From: Thermoanaerobaculia bacterium
Lineage (GTDB): Bacteria; Acidobacteriota; Thermoanaerobaculia; Multivoradales; Multivoraceae
Direction: 5' to 3'
DNA length: 64,000 nucleotides
Assembly (NCBI GenBank): GCA_963664405.1
Contig: OY761158.1
Span: forward strand, 160,001 to 224,000
The notes under the pieces were generated by a model. It did not search any database and was not told the DNA's origin. It was given only the letters and a program-made list of their open reading frames with translations. Below, piece by piece: positions 19,534 through 28,886 of the stretch (positions are counted from its first letter, which is position 1; every line of letters starts with the position of its first letter). The position numbers and the translations under genes are program-made.

Positions 19534-20262
19534 CTACGTCGGTCGTTCTCGAAGTCGCTGTTGGGCACGCGCCGTGTACGGAGAACGAGGATGGTCGTCG
19601 ACCAAGCGCTGGAACTTGTCTTGCGCGTCTTGATCGCGGCCGAGTTTCTCCAAGGTCTGGCCAAGCTCGAATAGCACTACATCCTCGGGTAAAGAGCGGT
19701 CAACGGCGTCCAACTGCGACTCCAGGCGGGCAGCCACTTCTTCCAGCCGTCCCTCCTCGCGGTCGAGACTGAACAGGCTCAGCTCTACGGTCGCAGCTAG
19801 TGCGTGCCCTGCATTCTCGTCGAGAAACTGGCCCCACAGGGAGCGGGCCGTCGCAGCGTCGCCCTCTTCGGCCGCGATCTCGCCAAGGTAGACGGTGGCG
19901 ACCTGAGCGGCGGCAGAGGATCTGTAGTCGTCAAGCAACGCCTCGAATCCTTCTTTCGCTGCCTCCAGACGCAGAGCCTCGGACGCGAAGGAAGGCGTCT
20001 TGTCGTTGTCGGGATCGGCGCCCACCTCCAGGATCTCGGCGTTATACACCCTCAGGGCTCGGCTCAGCTCGTCCTGGGAACGACCCGCTTGCGCCCTCTT
20101 CCACAGTGCTGCAAACAGGATCAGAAGAGCGATTCCGAGAACAACGCCTCCACCGATGGCGATGGCCCTGACGTTGTCACGGATGCGAAGAATGATGCGT
20201 CCGAGTGCCTCGCGCACTTCGTCGCGCTTCATTTCTTTTCGTGAAAGATGAGATCTCATCAA
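19534..20262 (-). CDS. YfgM-like membrane-anchored TPR protein
   Basis: Basic N-terminus 'LSRKEMKRD', a single TM, then TPR-like helices ending 'LVDDHPRSPY'. Confidence 0.75.
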   Translation of the reverse strand: MMRSHLSRKEMKRDEVREALGRIILRIRDNVRAIAIGGGVVLGIALLILFAALWKRAQAGRSQDELSRALRVYNAEILEVGADPDNDKTPSFASEALRLEAAKEGFEALLDDYRSSAAAQVATVYLGEIAAEEGDAATARSLWGQFLDENAGHALAATVELSLFSLDREEGRLEEVAARLESQLDAVDRSLPEDVVLFELGQTLEKLGRDQDAQDKFQRLVDDHPRSPYTARAQQRLRERPT

Positions 20263-20274
20263 AGCTCCTGCTAA

Positions 20275-20351
20275 TGGTGCGGCTGGGAGGACTCGAACCC
20301 CCGACCTAGGGCTTAGGAAGCCCCCGCTCTATCCTGCTGAGCTACAGCCGC
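20275..20351 (-). tRNA. tRNA-Arg (anticodon CCT)
   Basis: GCGGCTGTAGCTCAGCAGGATAGAGC...TTCCTAA...GGTTCGAGTCC...CAGCCGCACCA: 77 nt, cloverleaf, encoded CCA. TATACT lies upstream at 20367-20372. Confidence 0.97.
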
Positions 20352-20415
20352 TCGCCCCGTCTGCGAAGTATACGCGTTCAGGGCCTCTCGACGCATCGGC
20401 GTAGACTTTAGTTGG

Positions 20416-20931
20416 TCAGTACACGATCAGAGAGTTGATCGTATAGCCGAGGAGCTTCTCGCGACCGCCGAGGGCGGAGAGCTCAATGACGAAACCGAAG
20501 CCCGCCACTTCGCCACCGGCGCTCTCCACCAGCTCGGCGGTCGCCTTGGCGGTACCGCCGGTGGCGATCAGATCATCGATGATCAGCACGCGCTCGCCAG
20601 CGTCGATGGCGTCGGCGTGGATCTCGAGGCTGTCACTCCCGTACTCGAGCGAGTAGCTGCGATCGAGCGTCCTCGCCGGAAGCTTACCGGGCTTGCGGAC
20701 GGGTACGAAGCCGGCGTTGAGACCCGAGGCGATGATCGGCGCGAAGATAAAGCCACGCGACTCCATTCCCACCACCTTATCGACCTGCTGGCCGACGAAA
20801 ATCCAGCTCAAACGGTCGACCGTCATGCGTAGACCGACAGGGTCCTTCATCAGGGTCGTAATGTCGTAGAAATTGATTCCCGGACTAGGAAAGTCTGGAA
20901 CTTCGCGGATGTAACTCTTCAAGTCATCCAT
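20416..20931 (-). CDS. apt: Adenine phosphoribosyltransferase
   Basis: PDFP..GI.FYDIT, ESRGF, RKPGKLP and IDDLIATGGT motifs. Confidence 0.97.
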   Translation of the reverse strand: MDDLKSYIREVPDFPSPGINFYDITTLMKDPVGLRMTVDRLSWIFVGQQVDKVVGMESRGFIFAPIIASGLNAGFVPVRKPGKLPARTLDRSYSLEYGSDSLEIHADAIDAGERVLIIDDLIATGGTAKATAELVESAGGEVAGFGFVIELSALGGREKLLGYTINSLIVY

Positions 20932-21007
20932 GTCCTACACCTCTCGGCCATCAAGACTGATCACAATCGAATGCTGATGTTGCGCTGCGCAATACCAAGT
21001 ACCGGCC

Positions 21008-21652
21008 TTAAGACTCCCAGCTATGTCTACCGATCAGAGGGACGAAGCCGACTTCTTCACACTCTTCTCGACGCACTCGCTTCAGCCCCTTGCGGTAGAC
21101 CGCAAGCCTCTGGCCGCTGCGCTCACCTTCGGGAAGAACGAGAATTCCCTTTTCCGCCAGCTGCTCGACCAAAGGAGGGGGGGCCTTCGGAGCGCCAGCG
21201 CCAACCAGGATCCGGTCGAAGGGGGCTCGCTCTCCCCAGCCAACCGTGCCGTCGAAGACCTGGACCTTTACATTGTCGTAGCCCATGCCGCTCAAGCGAC
21301 GGATTGCGGCCGTGCCAAGATCGTGAATGCGCTCGAGACTGAAGACCCAGCGCGTGAGACTGGCCAAGACCGCGGTCTGATAGCCGCTGCCGGTACCGAT
21401 CTCGAGGACCCGGTGGTGCGGCTCGAGCTCCAAGAGCTCACTCATCCGTGCGACCACCCACGGCTGCGAGATGGTCTGAGCTTCGCCGATCGGAAGGGTG
21501 TAATTTCCGTACGCCTTGGCAAGGAACTGCTCCTTTACGAAGAGGTGGCGCGGCACAAGGCCCATCGCGTCCAAGACTCGCTGATCTCGGATGCCGCGAG
21601 CCGCCAGGTCGCGCACCATGCGCTGTCGCGGGTAGCCGTATGCGTCGGTCAT
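21008..21652 (-). CDS. pcm: Protein-L-isoaspartate O-methyltransferase
   Basis: VPRHLFV, QTISQP, LEIGTGSGYQ, APFDRI and FVPL motifs. Start re-called to ATG 21652. Confidence 0.95.
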   Translation of the reverse strand: MTDAYGYPRQRMVRDLAARGIRDQRVLDAMGLVPRHLFVKEQFLAKAYGNYTLPIGEAQTISQPWVVARMSELLELEPHHRVLEIGTGSGYQTAVLASLTRWVFSLERIHDLGTAAIRRLSGMGYDNVKVQVFDGTVGWGERAPFDRILVGAGAPKAPPPLVEQLAEKGILVLPEGERSGQRLAVYRKGLKRVRREECEEVGFVPLIGRHSWES

Positions 21653-21656
21653 CGGG

Positions 21657-22529
21657 TCAAGGTCGGTAGCGCGTGAGCAAGGGGCCAAGCGCGTCGAGCC
21701 GGGCCTCCGCTACCTGATTCAGATCCGTTACAAGCGCCGTCTCCAGGGCAGCGTTGCATCCGCAGATCCCCGCGTCGTGACCGGAGTCGAGCCGTTCGAC
21801 CATGACACGGAGGGCCGTCTGGGCGGTCTTCGTATTCCGCGCCAAAATCTCGAAAACGCTGTCCGCGCTCACCGCCTCCTCGTCATCCTTCCAGCAGTCC
21901 CAGTCTGTGACCATGGCGAGACAGAGGAAGCACAGCTCAGCTTCTCTCGCAAGCTTCGCCTCCGGAAGGTTGGTCATCCCGATGACGTCCATGCCCCACT
22001 GGCGGTAAACCATCGACTCTGCGCGAGTAGAGAACTGAGGGCCCTCGATACAGATATAGGTACCACCGAAATGAGTCGGCGTCTCGAGCCGACTCAGGGC
22101 GTCGGCAGCACAAGCAGTGAGAACGGGGCAGGTCGGGTCTGCCATCGACACATGGACCACCACCCCCTCTCCAAAAAAGGTCGCTGGGCGCTGCCGCGTT
22201 CGGTCGAAGAACTGGTCAGGAATCACCACGTCGGCCGGGCTGTACTCCTCCTTCATCGAGCCCACCGCACTGACAGAGATCAACCGCGTAACGCCCAACT
22301 CCTTGAAACCGAAGATATTCGCGCGAAAGTTGAGCTCGGAAGGTAGCAGCCGATGCCCGCGACCGTGACGAGGAAGGAAGACGATCTCGGTCCCCCCCAG
22401 CTTGCCGATGACGTAGGCATCGGAAGGGCTGCCAAAGGGCGTCTCCACTGAACACTCGTCCAGGACCTCCAGGTCCTCCATCGCGTAGAGGCCCGTGCCA
22501 CCGATGACGCCGATCCGAGCTGCACTCAT
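21657..22529 (-). CDS. mtnP: S-methyl-5'-thioadenosine phosphorylase
   Basis: GVIGGTG, RHG, EGPQFSTRAES, GMT and TDWD motifs. Start ATG 22529 (ATGA overlap). Confidence 0.93.
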   Translation of the reverse strand: MSAARIGVIGGTGLYAMEDLEVLDECSVETPFGSPSDAYVIGKLGGTEIVFLPRHGRGHRLLPSELNFRANIFGFKELGVTRLISVSAVGSMKEEYSPADVVIPDQFFDRTRQRPATFFGEGVVVHVSMADPTCPVLTACAADALSRLETPTHFGGTYICIEGPQFSTRAESMVYRQWGMDVIGMTNLPEAKLAREAELCFLCLAMVTDWDCWKDDEEAVSADSVFEILARNTKTAQTALRVMVERLDSGHDAGICGCNAALETALVTDLNQVAEARLDALGPLLTRYRP

Positions 22530-23509
22530 CCGAGACCTCCTCCGCTCCGAGCGGCCTCGGCGACCTCGAGGGCACAAGCCAAGGCTCTGCGCCCACTAAC
22601 GCCGTCGACGATCGGAGTCCGCCGGCCCCGGCAGGCGCCGACAAAGGCTTCGAGCTCGCGGACCAGGGGCTCCGCTTGCGGGATCTCGACCTCGACGCTT
22701 GTGATGCGTTTCATCGGCGGCTCCTCCGCCACCGAGGCCACCGGCGGATCGAGGCGATAGCCGCGCAGCGTTTGGGCCTGATAGTCCAGTGAGTAGTAGT
22801 GCGACTCCGAGAACACTCGCAACTGCCTAACCCGCTCGGCGGACACCCTGGAAGCCGTAAAATTGGCCACACAACCCGACTCGAGCTCGACTCTTGCATT
22901 CGCCATATCGATTCGCTGCGACAATACCTTGATACCTGCGGCTCGAACCTCTCGCACCGGCGATCCATCCAGCGCCTGCAGGATCTGGAGGTCATGGATC
23001 ATGAGGTCTAGAACAACGTCGATGTCCAGACTACGACGAGTAAATACCGACAGGCGCTGAACTTCGATAAAGCGGCAGCGCGGCTCAGTCAGCAGCAGCG
23101 ACTGGACGGCCGGATTGTAGAACTCAACATGACCCACCGCGAGTACGCGATCTCCAGCCGCCTGTAGCAACTGATCCGCCTGCTCCAGATCCGGGGCCAG
23201 CGGCTTCTCCACCATGACGTGGAGCCCTCGCTCGAGGAGGGCGCATCCGACCTCCGCATGGGAGACGGTGGGAACAGCGACCACCATCGCCTCGACCTCG
23301 CCGGCTAGAGCAGAGAGCGACGGAAAGAGCCGCGCGCCAAATTGCGATGCCACCGCTTCTGCGACCTGGCGATCGGTGTCGTAGACGCCGACCAGTTCGG
23401 CGCCTACCAGCCCATCCAGAATCCGTACGTGGTGGCGACCCAGGGCGCCGGTGCCAGCAACGCCGATACGCAGGGGCTCGCTTGTGCTCTCCTCCGGACT
23501 AGGCAGCAC
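22526..23509 (-). CDS. Gfo/Idh/MocA oxidoreductase (GnnA-like)
   Basis: G.GALG, EKP, VGHVE, DLMIHD and TASRVS motifs; directly downstream of lpxA. Confidence 0.85.
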   Translation of the reverse strand: MLPSPEESTSEPLRIGVAGTGALGRHHVRILDGLVGAELVGVYDTDRQVAEAVASQFGARLFPSLSALAGEVEAMVVAVPTVSHAEVGCALLERGLHVMVEKPLAPDLEQADQLLQAAGDRVLAVGHVEFYNPAVQSLLLTEPRCRFIEVQRLSVFTRRSLDIDVVLDLMIHDLQILQALDGSPVREVRAAGIKVLSQRIDMANARVELESGCVANFTASRVSAERVRQLRVFSESHYYSLDYQAQTLRGYRLDPPVASVAEEPPMKRITSVEVEIPQAEPLVRELEAFVGACRGRRTPIVDGVSGRRALACALEVAEAARSGGGLG

Positions 23510-24314
23510 CGGCTCCTCTAGAGCCTCTTCTAACTGCCTTGATCACGCCCTTCTCACTCGAAGCGACGAATTCGATCAGATGCTCGATGTCGGCGCTCGG
23601 CTCAGGTAGCGCACGAAGCTCGGCGAGGGCCTGGGTCGTGTTCTTCGCCGAGCGCAAAAGAATACGAAAGGCTCGACCCAGCTCGCCGACCTGCTCCCGT
23701 GAGTACCCCTTCCTCTCGAGGCCGACGCGATTGATCCCGAGGCATCGAGGTTTGTGCCCGACAGTCCTGGCAAAGGGGAGCGCGTCGAGTGTAATAACCG
23801 AGTACCCGCCGATATAGGCATGGCGGCCAACCCTACAAAACTGTTGGACCGCGCTGTAGGCGCCGATGGTCGCATCGTCGCCGACTTCGACATGCCCCGC
23901 GAGGGTACCTCCGTTGACGAAGATCGTCCGGTTCCCCACCTGCGAATCGTGCCCTACGTGACAGTAGGCCATGAACAGGTTGTCGTCACCGACGCGGGTC
24001 GTACCGCCACCGAAGCCGGTCCCGCGATTGAGAGTACAGAACTCGCGAATCGTGTTGCGGTCCCCGACCTCTAGCCAGCTCTCCTCTCCTGCGTACTTCA
24101 GATCCTGGGCCTCGAAGCCAACGCAGGCCAGCGGAAAGATACGGTTCTCCTTGCCGATCCGAGTGGGGCCCTCGATCTGCGCCCCGGCGCCGATCTCGCA
24201 GTCGGCACCGATCTCCACGCCGGCGCCAATCAGCGCGTTAGGACCCACTCGCACGCCAGTGTCGAGCTGCGCCTTCGGATCGACCCGAGCGCTAAGGTGA
24301 ATCAAATCGGCCAC
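23499..24314 (-). CDS. lpxA: UDP-N-acetylglucosamine acyltransferase
   Basis: Hexapeptide repeats, QDLKY, IREF, HVGHD and LAGHV motifs. Confidence 0.95.
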   Translation of the reverse strand: MADLIHLSARVDPKAQLDTGVRVGPNALIGAGVEIGADCEIGAGAQIEGPTRIGKENRIFPLACVGFEAQDLKYAGEESWLEVGDRNTIREFCTLNRGTGFGGGTTRVGDDNLFMAYCHVGHDSQVGNRTIFVNGGTLAGHVEVGDDATIGAYSAVQQFCRVGRHAYIGGYSVITLDALPFARTVGHKPRCLGINRVGLERKGYSREQVGELGRAFRILLRSAKNTTQALAELRALPEPSADIEHLIEFVASSEKGVIKAVRRGSRGAGAA

Positions 24315-24778
24315 TGTGTCCCCGATTCGCCGCCCCGATCCACCAGCGCCGACATGCAGACAGCCTCGGCCGCGATCTCTCCCTCAACCAGCACTCTGCC
24401 CTTGAGCTTACACGTCGTCTTACGGAAGCGTACGACTTCGACCTCGTAGCGCAGCTGATCGCCTGGAACAACCGGTCGACGGAACCTGGCTCTTTCGATA
24501 GACATGAAATAGAGCAGCTTCTGCTCTCGATCTTCCAGCTCATGCAGGAGAAGGATGCCGCCCGCTTGCGCAACTCCTTCGATCAGGAGCACGCCGGGCA
24601 TCACCGGTCGCTCCGGAAAGTGGCCCTGGAAAAAACCCTCGTTCGCCGACACATTCTTAGTTGCAACGATGCGCTTTCCAGCCTCCAGCTCGAGCACTCT
24701 ATCCACCAATAACATTGGATAGCGGTGCGGCAAGACCGACTGGATCCAACGAATATCCTTTGGGCCGAGAACGGACAC
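24302..24778 (-). CDS. fabZ: 3-hydroxyacyl-ACP dehydratase
   Basis: LPHRYPMLLVD and FFQGHFP..PVMPGVL motifs. Start re-called to GTG 24778 (AGGAGG RBS). Confidence 0.96.
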   Translation of the reverse strand: MSVLGPKDIRWIQSVLPHRYPMLLVDRVLELEAGKRIVATKNVSANEGFFQGHFPERPVMPGVLLIEGVAQAGGILLLHELEDREQKLLYFMSIERARFRRPVVPGDQLRYEVEVVRFRKTTCKLKGRVLVEGEIAAEAVCMSALVDRGGESGTQWPI

Positions 24779-24782
24779 AGCG

Positions 24783-25820
24783 CTACTCCTCCTTGTGAAT
24801 CTCTCGCTCGAGGGCGGCCACCCGCCGCCGTAGATCGGCCAGTCGCCCCAGAAGAGCACTCTGCCTCGTCCAGCGCGCGGCATCAATCGCTGGAATTCCG
24901 GCGACCTTCTTGCCTGCCTCGACATCACCGAAGACGGCGGACTTTCCAGCCACGGCCGCGTCATCGCCGATGCGAACGCGATTGGAGATACCTGCTTGGC
25001 CCGCCAAGACAACTCTCTCCCCAATCGAGGCGCTACCCGCGATCCCCACCTGACCGCAAAGGATGCTCGAGCGGCCCACGGTGACGTTATGACCGACTTG
25101 AACCAAGTTGTCGATCTTGGTCCCCGCGCCGATGCGAGTATCTTCGAGGGTTCCTCGGTCTATCGCCGAGTTTGCTCCAACTTCGATCGACTCTTCGAGG
25201 ACAACTCGTCCGACCTGAGGCACCTTGAGATGCCCCTCGGTCGTCGATATGTAACCAAAACCGTCGGCTCCGACGACGGTACCGGAATGCAGAGTGACGT
25301 TGTCACCAACCTCGCAGCGGCGGTAGAGCACAACATGCGGATGCAAAGTGACGGACCGGCCTACATGGCTTCCTGCACCCACGAAGACAAACGCGTGGAT
25401 AATCGCCCCTTCGCCAACCTCGCAGCCCTCTTCGAGAACCGCATAAGGACCAATGGTGGCGCTCTCAGCGATCTTGCAGCCGGATCCGACGACAGCCGTA
25501 GAGTGGACCCCGACCGGCTGCGGCGGCGCAGGGTAAAAGATTCCGAGCAGCGCGATGAGCGCCTTGCCCACATCCGTACAGACGAGCTTATCTCCGGCAA
25601 GTCCCTGCACCTCCTCCGACACCAGGAGAGCACCTGCCGAGCTCTGCTCTGCCAGCCGGCGCATCCCGGGATCGGTGAGGAAAGAGAGGTCGTTCGGGCC
25701 AGCAGCCTCGAGCGAGCGAAGGCCTGAGACCTGCCGCTCGGAGTCGCCCTCGACCCTCCCGGCGACCCGCTCGGCGAGCTCACTCAGCCGGTAGACCGCC
25801 TCACTCGCTGGCCGTGGCAT
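24783..25820 (-). CDS. lpxD: UDP-3-O-acylglucosamine N-acyltransferase
   Basis: GADGFGY, IDRG and KIDNLVQVGHN motifs; hexapeptide repeats. Confidence 0.96.
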   Translation of the reverse strand: MPRPASEAVYRLSELAERVAGRVEGDSERQVSGLRSLEAAGPNDLSFLTDPGMRRLAEQSSAGALLVSEEVQGLAGDKLVCTDVGKALIALLGIFYPAPPQPVGVHSTAVVGSGCKIAESATIGPYAVLEEGCEVGEGAIIHAFVFVGAGSHVGRSVTLHPHVVLYRRCEVGDNVTLHSGTVVGADGFGYISTTEGHLKVPQVGRVVLEESIEVGANSAIDRGTLEDTRIGAGTKIDNLVQVGHNVTVGRSSILCGQVGIAGSASIGERVVLAGQAGISNRVRIGDDAAVAGKSAVFGDVEAGKKVAGIPAIDAARWTRQSALLGRLADLRRRVAALEREIHKEE

Positions 25821-26340
25821 CCAATCGTTGGATTACCAGATCAGTGATGTCGATCTGTTGATCCGCGTACACGAGGCCGCTCTGAAATTTGTTGAAAATG
25901 AGGGTGTAGCTGAATTCCTGCCCGATCGCAGTGATGACAGGAAAGATCCGGTCCTCGACCTTCTTTATCTCCTCCTGCCTCAGTTTCTGTATGTCTCTCT
26001 CCGCGTCCTCACGCAGCCTCTCGAACTCGCGACCCTTCTCCTCGAGCTCTTGCTGAAGCTCGGCCAGCTTGTCTTCGGCCAACGACAAGCGCCCCTCCTG
26101 AAAGCGACGCTGCATTCCAACGAACTCGTCGTTGATTGCCTTGAGCTCCTCGGCCTTCTCATTCTGCGCCTTGTCGAGATCGGAAAGCACGGCTTTGCCC
26201 TGGGCGGAGTCTGTCATGACCCGACTCGTATCGATGACAGCGATCTTGGTCGCCCCTTGAGCTCGCACAACGCCGAGCACGCCAACCAGCCCAATGACGC
26301 TGCACACACCTACTCTCGCAAAGCTTCCACAAAGACTCAT
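25801..26340 (-). CDS. skp: OmpH/Skp periplasmic chaperone
   Basis: Signal peptide, KIAVID, long coiled coil and DITDLVI; lies between bamA and lpxD. Confidence 0.9.
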   Translation of the reverse strand: MSLCGSFARVGVCSVIGLVGVLGVVRAQGATKIAVIDTSRVMTDSAQGKAVLSDLDKAQNEKAEELKAINDEFVGMQRRFQEGRLSLAEDKLAELQQELEEKGREFERLREDAERDIQKLRQEEIKKVEDRIFPVITAIGQEFSYTLIFNKFQSGLVYADQQIDITDLVIQRLDATASE

Positions 26341-26358
26341 ATCACTCCTCCCCGATCC

Positions 26359-28785
26359 TCAAAAAGACGTCCCGATACTGAAATCGAAGCTCTGAAATCG
26401 CTCCTTGTCGAATTCAGGTAGGCCGGTGAAAGGATCAATATTTCTTGCATAGATGAAGCGCAGCGGTGCCCCGAAGAGCGGTATGTTGATGCGCAGCTCG
26501 ATTCCCGCAGAATATCGTAAATGACTCAGATCGTAGGCCTGCTCCTCAGAAAAGACATTGGCGGCGTCGACGAATGGGACCAATCTAAAGGGGCCACCGA
26601 GGAGGAACTGGTACTCCAGATTGAGCTGAAAGTACTTGTCACCGCCCTTGGGAAAACCAGCATCCAGAATGGTCCTACCGGTCTCGAAGTCGCGTGCCCA
26701 TACCGACCGGAACTCGAAGCCGCGAATGCTCTGCTCACCGCCCAGAAAGTAACGATTGAGGAAGAAGAGCTCTCGCGGCATACCTTCGTCGTCGTTGCCA
26801 AAGGGGTCGATCAGGCCGCCCTCGAGATTGATCCCGATCACGGTGCGCAGCGCGCCCTTGTAGATCGGCTTGAAGTAGGTAGCGCCGATCACCGGCTTGA
26901 TGAACCAGTCCTCCCCTCCCAAGGGGCCCCCGGCGTACTCCAGGTTGGCACGCAAGTAGGTGCCCCTCGTTGCTTCTAGGCGGCTATCTCGCTTGTCCCG
27001 CGTCCATCCCAGGCCGACGGAGGAGCGAGTGAAGTCGAAGCCCTGCGAGACGACAGTGTCCTCATCGCCGAGGAAGTTGAAAGACTGAAAGTCCTCGAAG
27101 GCCGACTGGGTGTAGCTCAGTGAGAGATTCTGCCAAGCTCCGAGCACACGCTGATAGGTGAGCGTTCCGCCCTCCTGCTTTCGCACGAAACGCTGATCCG
27201 CCAGCAGGTCGAAATCCAGATCTCTCTTGAATAGCTGGATGCCGGCATTCTGAGGCCGATCGCGCACCCACGGAACAAAATAGGAAACGTCGAAAGACTC
27301 GGAGTAGCGTCCAGTCTGAATCTGCGCCGCCAGCGTTTCGCCGCGGCCCAGAAAATTCCGCGTTCGTACGCCGCCCTGGACGAAGAAGCCTTCGAGCTGA
27401 CTGAAGCCGCCACCGAAGGTGAGCTCGGTGCGCTCCGCTTCGGTTCCTTTGATTACCATATTGACGAGCTTCTCGTCGCTGTCGATGTCGAGCTCGACGG
27501 GATCCTCTTCGAAGACCCTGAAGTAATCGAGCTGATTGATCCGAAAAATACTGCTCTTGAGCTGGCTCGAGTTGAATACAAGCCCTTCGTGCACACGCAG
27601 AGAGCGTCGAAGCACACGGTCCTTGGTCTTGGTGTTGCCCTCGAACTCGATCCGGCCGACCCGAAACTGATCCCCCTCTTCGATGGTCAGCTTGACGTCG
27701 GCAACCAGGTCTTCCCGCTCGATGATCTCTTTCTCAACCCTCGAGAACATGTACCCGGTGTTGTCATAGAACTCTTTGATTTGCTCCACTCCACCGTCTA
27801 TGACGTCGGCGCGAAGCCATCCCCCCTTCGGTTTCGGCAGTGCCCTGCGCAACACTTCTGTGGGGAGGACGTCGTTCCCCTCGAAGAGAAGCTCTCCAAG
27901 CTTCCAGCGTTCCCCTTCCTCCAATGGGATGACGAGTCCGAGCTGCCTCTTTTTCGGGCGGTCCTCGCTATCATTCTTCCCTTCGAGAACTTCGACCTCG
28001 GCCTCGCCGATAACCAGGTTCTTGTATCCCGCATTATGGTAAAGAGCGCGTATATTGTCGAGATCGAGCGCCAGGGTAGCGGGGTTATAGACGTCACGCT
28101 TGCGGATCTTGGTGATCAGATTGGACTTCTTGGTCTTCTTCATCGTGCTCCGAAGCTTCCCCTGGCTGAAGACCTCGTTGCCGTCGAAGCTGACCTTTCC
28201 GATCTTGACCTTGTTGCCCTCGTCGATCACCACGATCACCCGGCGCTCCATCTCCGAAACCTTCTCGAGCTGGATCGAGGCGTCGGCGAAGCGAAACCCC
28301 TTTTCCTCGTAGAGATTCTCAATCTCGGCTTCGAGCCTCGCCAACTCACCCTTGCTCAGGTAACTGCCCTCGAAGAGATCGATCCGCTGGCGGTCGACCA
28401 CTTCAGACATATCGCTGCGCTTCAGTTTGTCGAGACCCTGATAGTCGATCGACAACAGCAAAGGCCGCTCTTCGAGCACGATCAACAGATCTACGCCGTC
28501 CTCGGTGGGCTCAACCTCGACGCGGATGTCGTCAATGAGATCGCGATCCCAGATCTCTTTCATGCGCTCGTTCAGCAAGCGGGGATCGTAGATACCACCG
28601 ATCTCGATCTCCATGTAAAAAAGTAGATCCCTCTCTGTCAGCGTGACATTGCCCCGAATCTCGACTCCGGTTATGCGGCGCCCGGCGTACTCGCGGCTAG
28701 CCGCCGCCGGCTCGGTCAACAGCAGTGCGAACAAGGCCAGCAGGGCCAGCATCGGGCGGGCACACTTGACACTGAAGGAGAACAT
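26359..28785 (-). CDS. bamA: Outer membrane protein assembly factor BamA
   Basis: POTRA repeats (GNxxT...RR), NFLGRG, LGG...IRGF and C-terminal 'FSIGTSF'. Start either 28785 or 28809. Confidence 0.95.
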   Translation of the reverse strand: MFSFSVKCARPMLALLALFALLLTEPAAASREYAGRRITGVEIRGNVTLTERDLLFYMEIEIGGIYDPRLLNERMKEIWDRDLIDDIRVEVEPTEDGVDLLIVLEERPLLLSIDYQGLDKLKRSDMSEVVDRQRIDLFEGSYLSKGELARLEAEIENLYEEKGFRFADASIQLEKVSEMERRVIVVIDEGNKVKIGKVSFDGNEVFSQGKLRSTMKKTKKSNLITKIRKRDVYNPATLALDLDNIRALYHNAGYKNLVIGEAEVEVLEGKNDSEDRPKKRQLGLVIPLEEGERWKLGELLFEGNDVLPTEVLRRALPKPKGGWLRADVIDGGVEQIKEFYDNTGYMFSRVEKEIIEREDLVADVKLTIEEGDQFRVGRIEFEGNTKTKDRVLRRSLRVHEGLVFNSSQLKSSIFRINQLDYFRVFEEDPVELDIDSDEKLVNMVIKGTEAERTELTFGGGFSQLEGFFVQGGVRTRNFLGRGETLAAQIQTGRYSESFDVSYFVPWVRDRPQNAGIQLFKRDLDFDLLADQRFVRKQEGGTLTYQRVLGAWQNLSLSYTQSAFEDFQSFNFLGDEDTVVSQGFDFTRSSVGLGWTRDKRDSRLEATRGTYLRANLEYAGGPLGGEDWFIKPVIGATYFKPIYKGALRTVIGINLEGGLIDPFGNDDEGMPRELFFLNRYFLGGEQSIRGFEFRSVWARDFETGRTILDAGFPKGGDKYFQLNLEYQFLLGGPFRLVPFVDAANVFSEEQAYDLSHLRYSAGIELRINIPLFGAPLRFIYARNIDPFTGLPEFDKERFQSFDFSIGTSF

Positions 28786-28824
28786 TGGCTCTTCTGCCGG
28801 TGGGTTCAAGGCTAAAACGCTGGG

Positions 28825-28886
28825 AGGCGGGGAGGAATTCCCTCGCTATGGCGAGGAATTCTCTCGCCATGGCGAGGATGCCGCCT
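28825..28886. repeat. 21-bp tandem repeat (2.2 units) inside an AGGCGG/CCGCCT inverted repeat
   Basis: GAGGAATTCCCTCGCTATGGC (28832-28852), GAGGAATTCTCTCGCCATGGC (28853-28873), then GAGGA. Confidence 0.75.

Noticed and set aside
20263-20351. tRNA-Arg as an integration site
   Set aside because: No integrase and no duplicated tRNA 3' end were seen, and the flanking genes are housekeeping.
20980-20992. Palindrome TTGCGCTGCGCAA upstream of apt
   Set aside because: Short, single occurrence, and no regulator can be assigned.
28832-28878. Repeat as a mini-CRISPR array or a MARNSLA repeat peptide
   Set aside because: The units are contiguous with no spacers and no cas genes are present. The ORFs crossing it are antisense to bamA/clpC.
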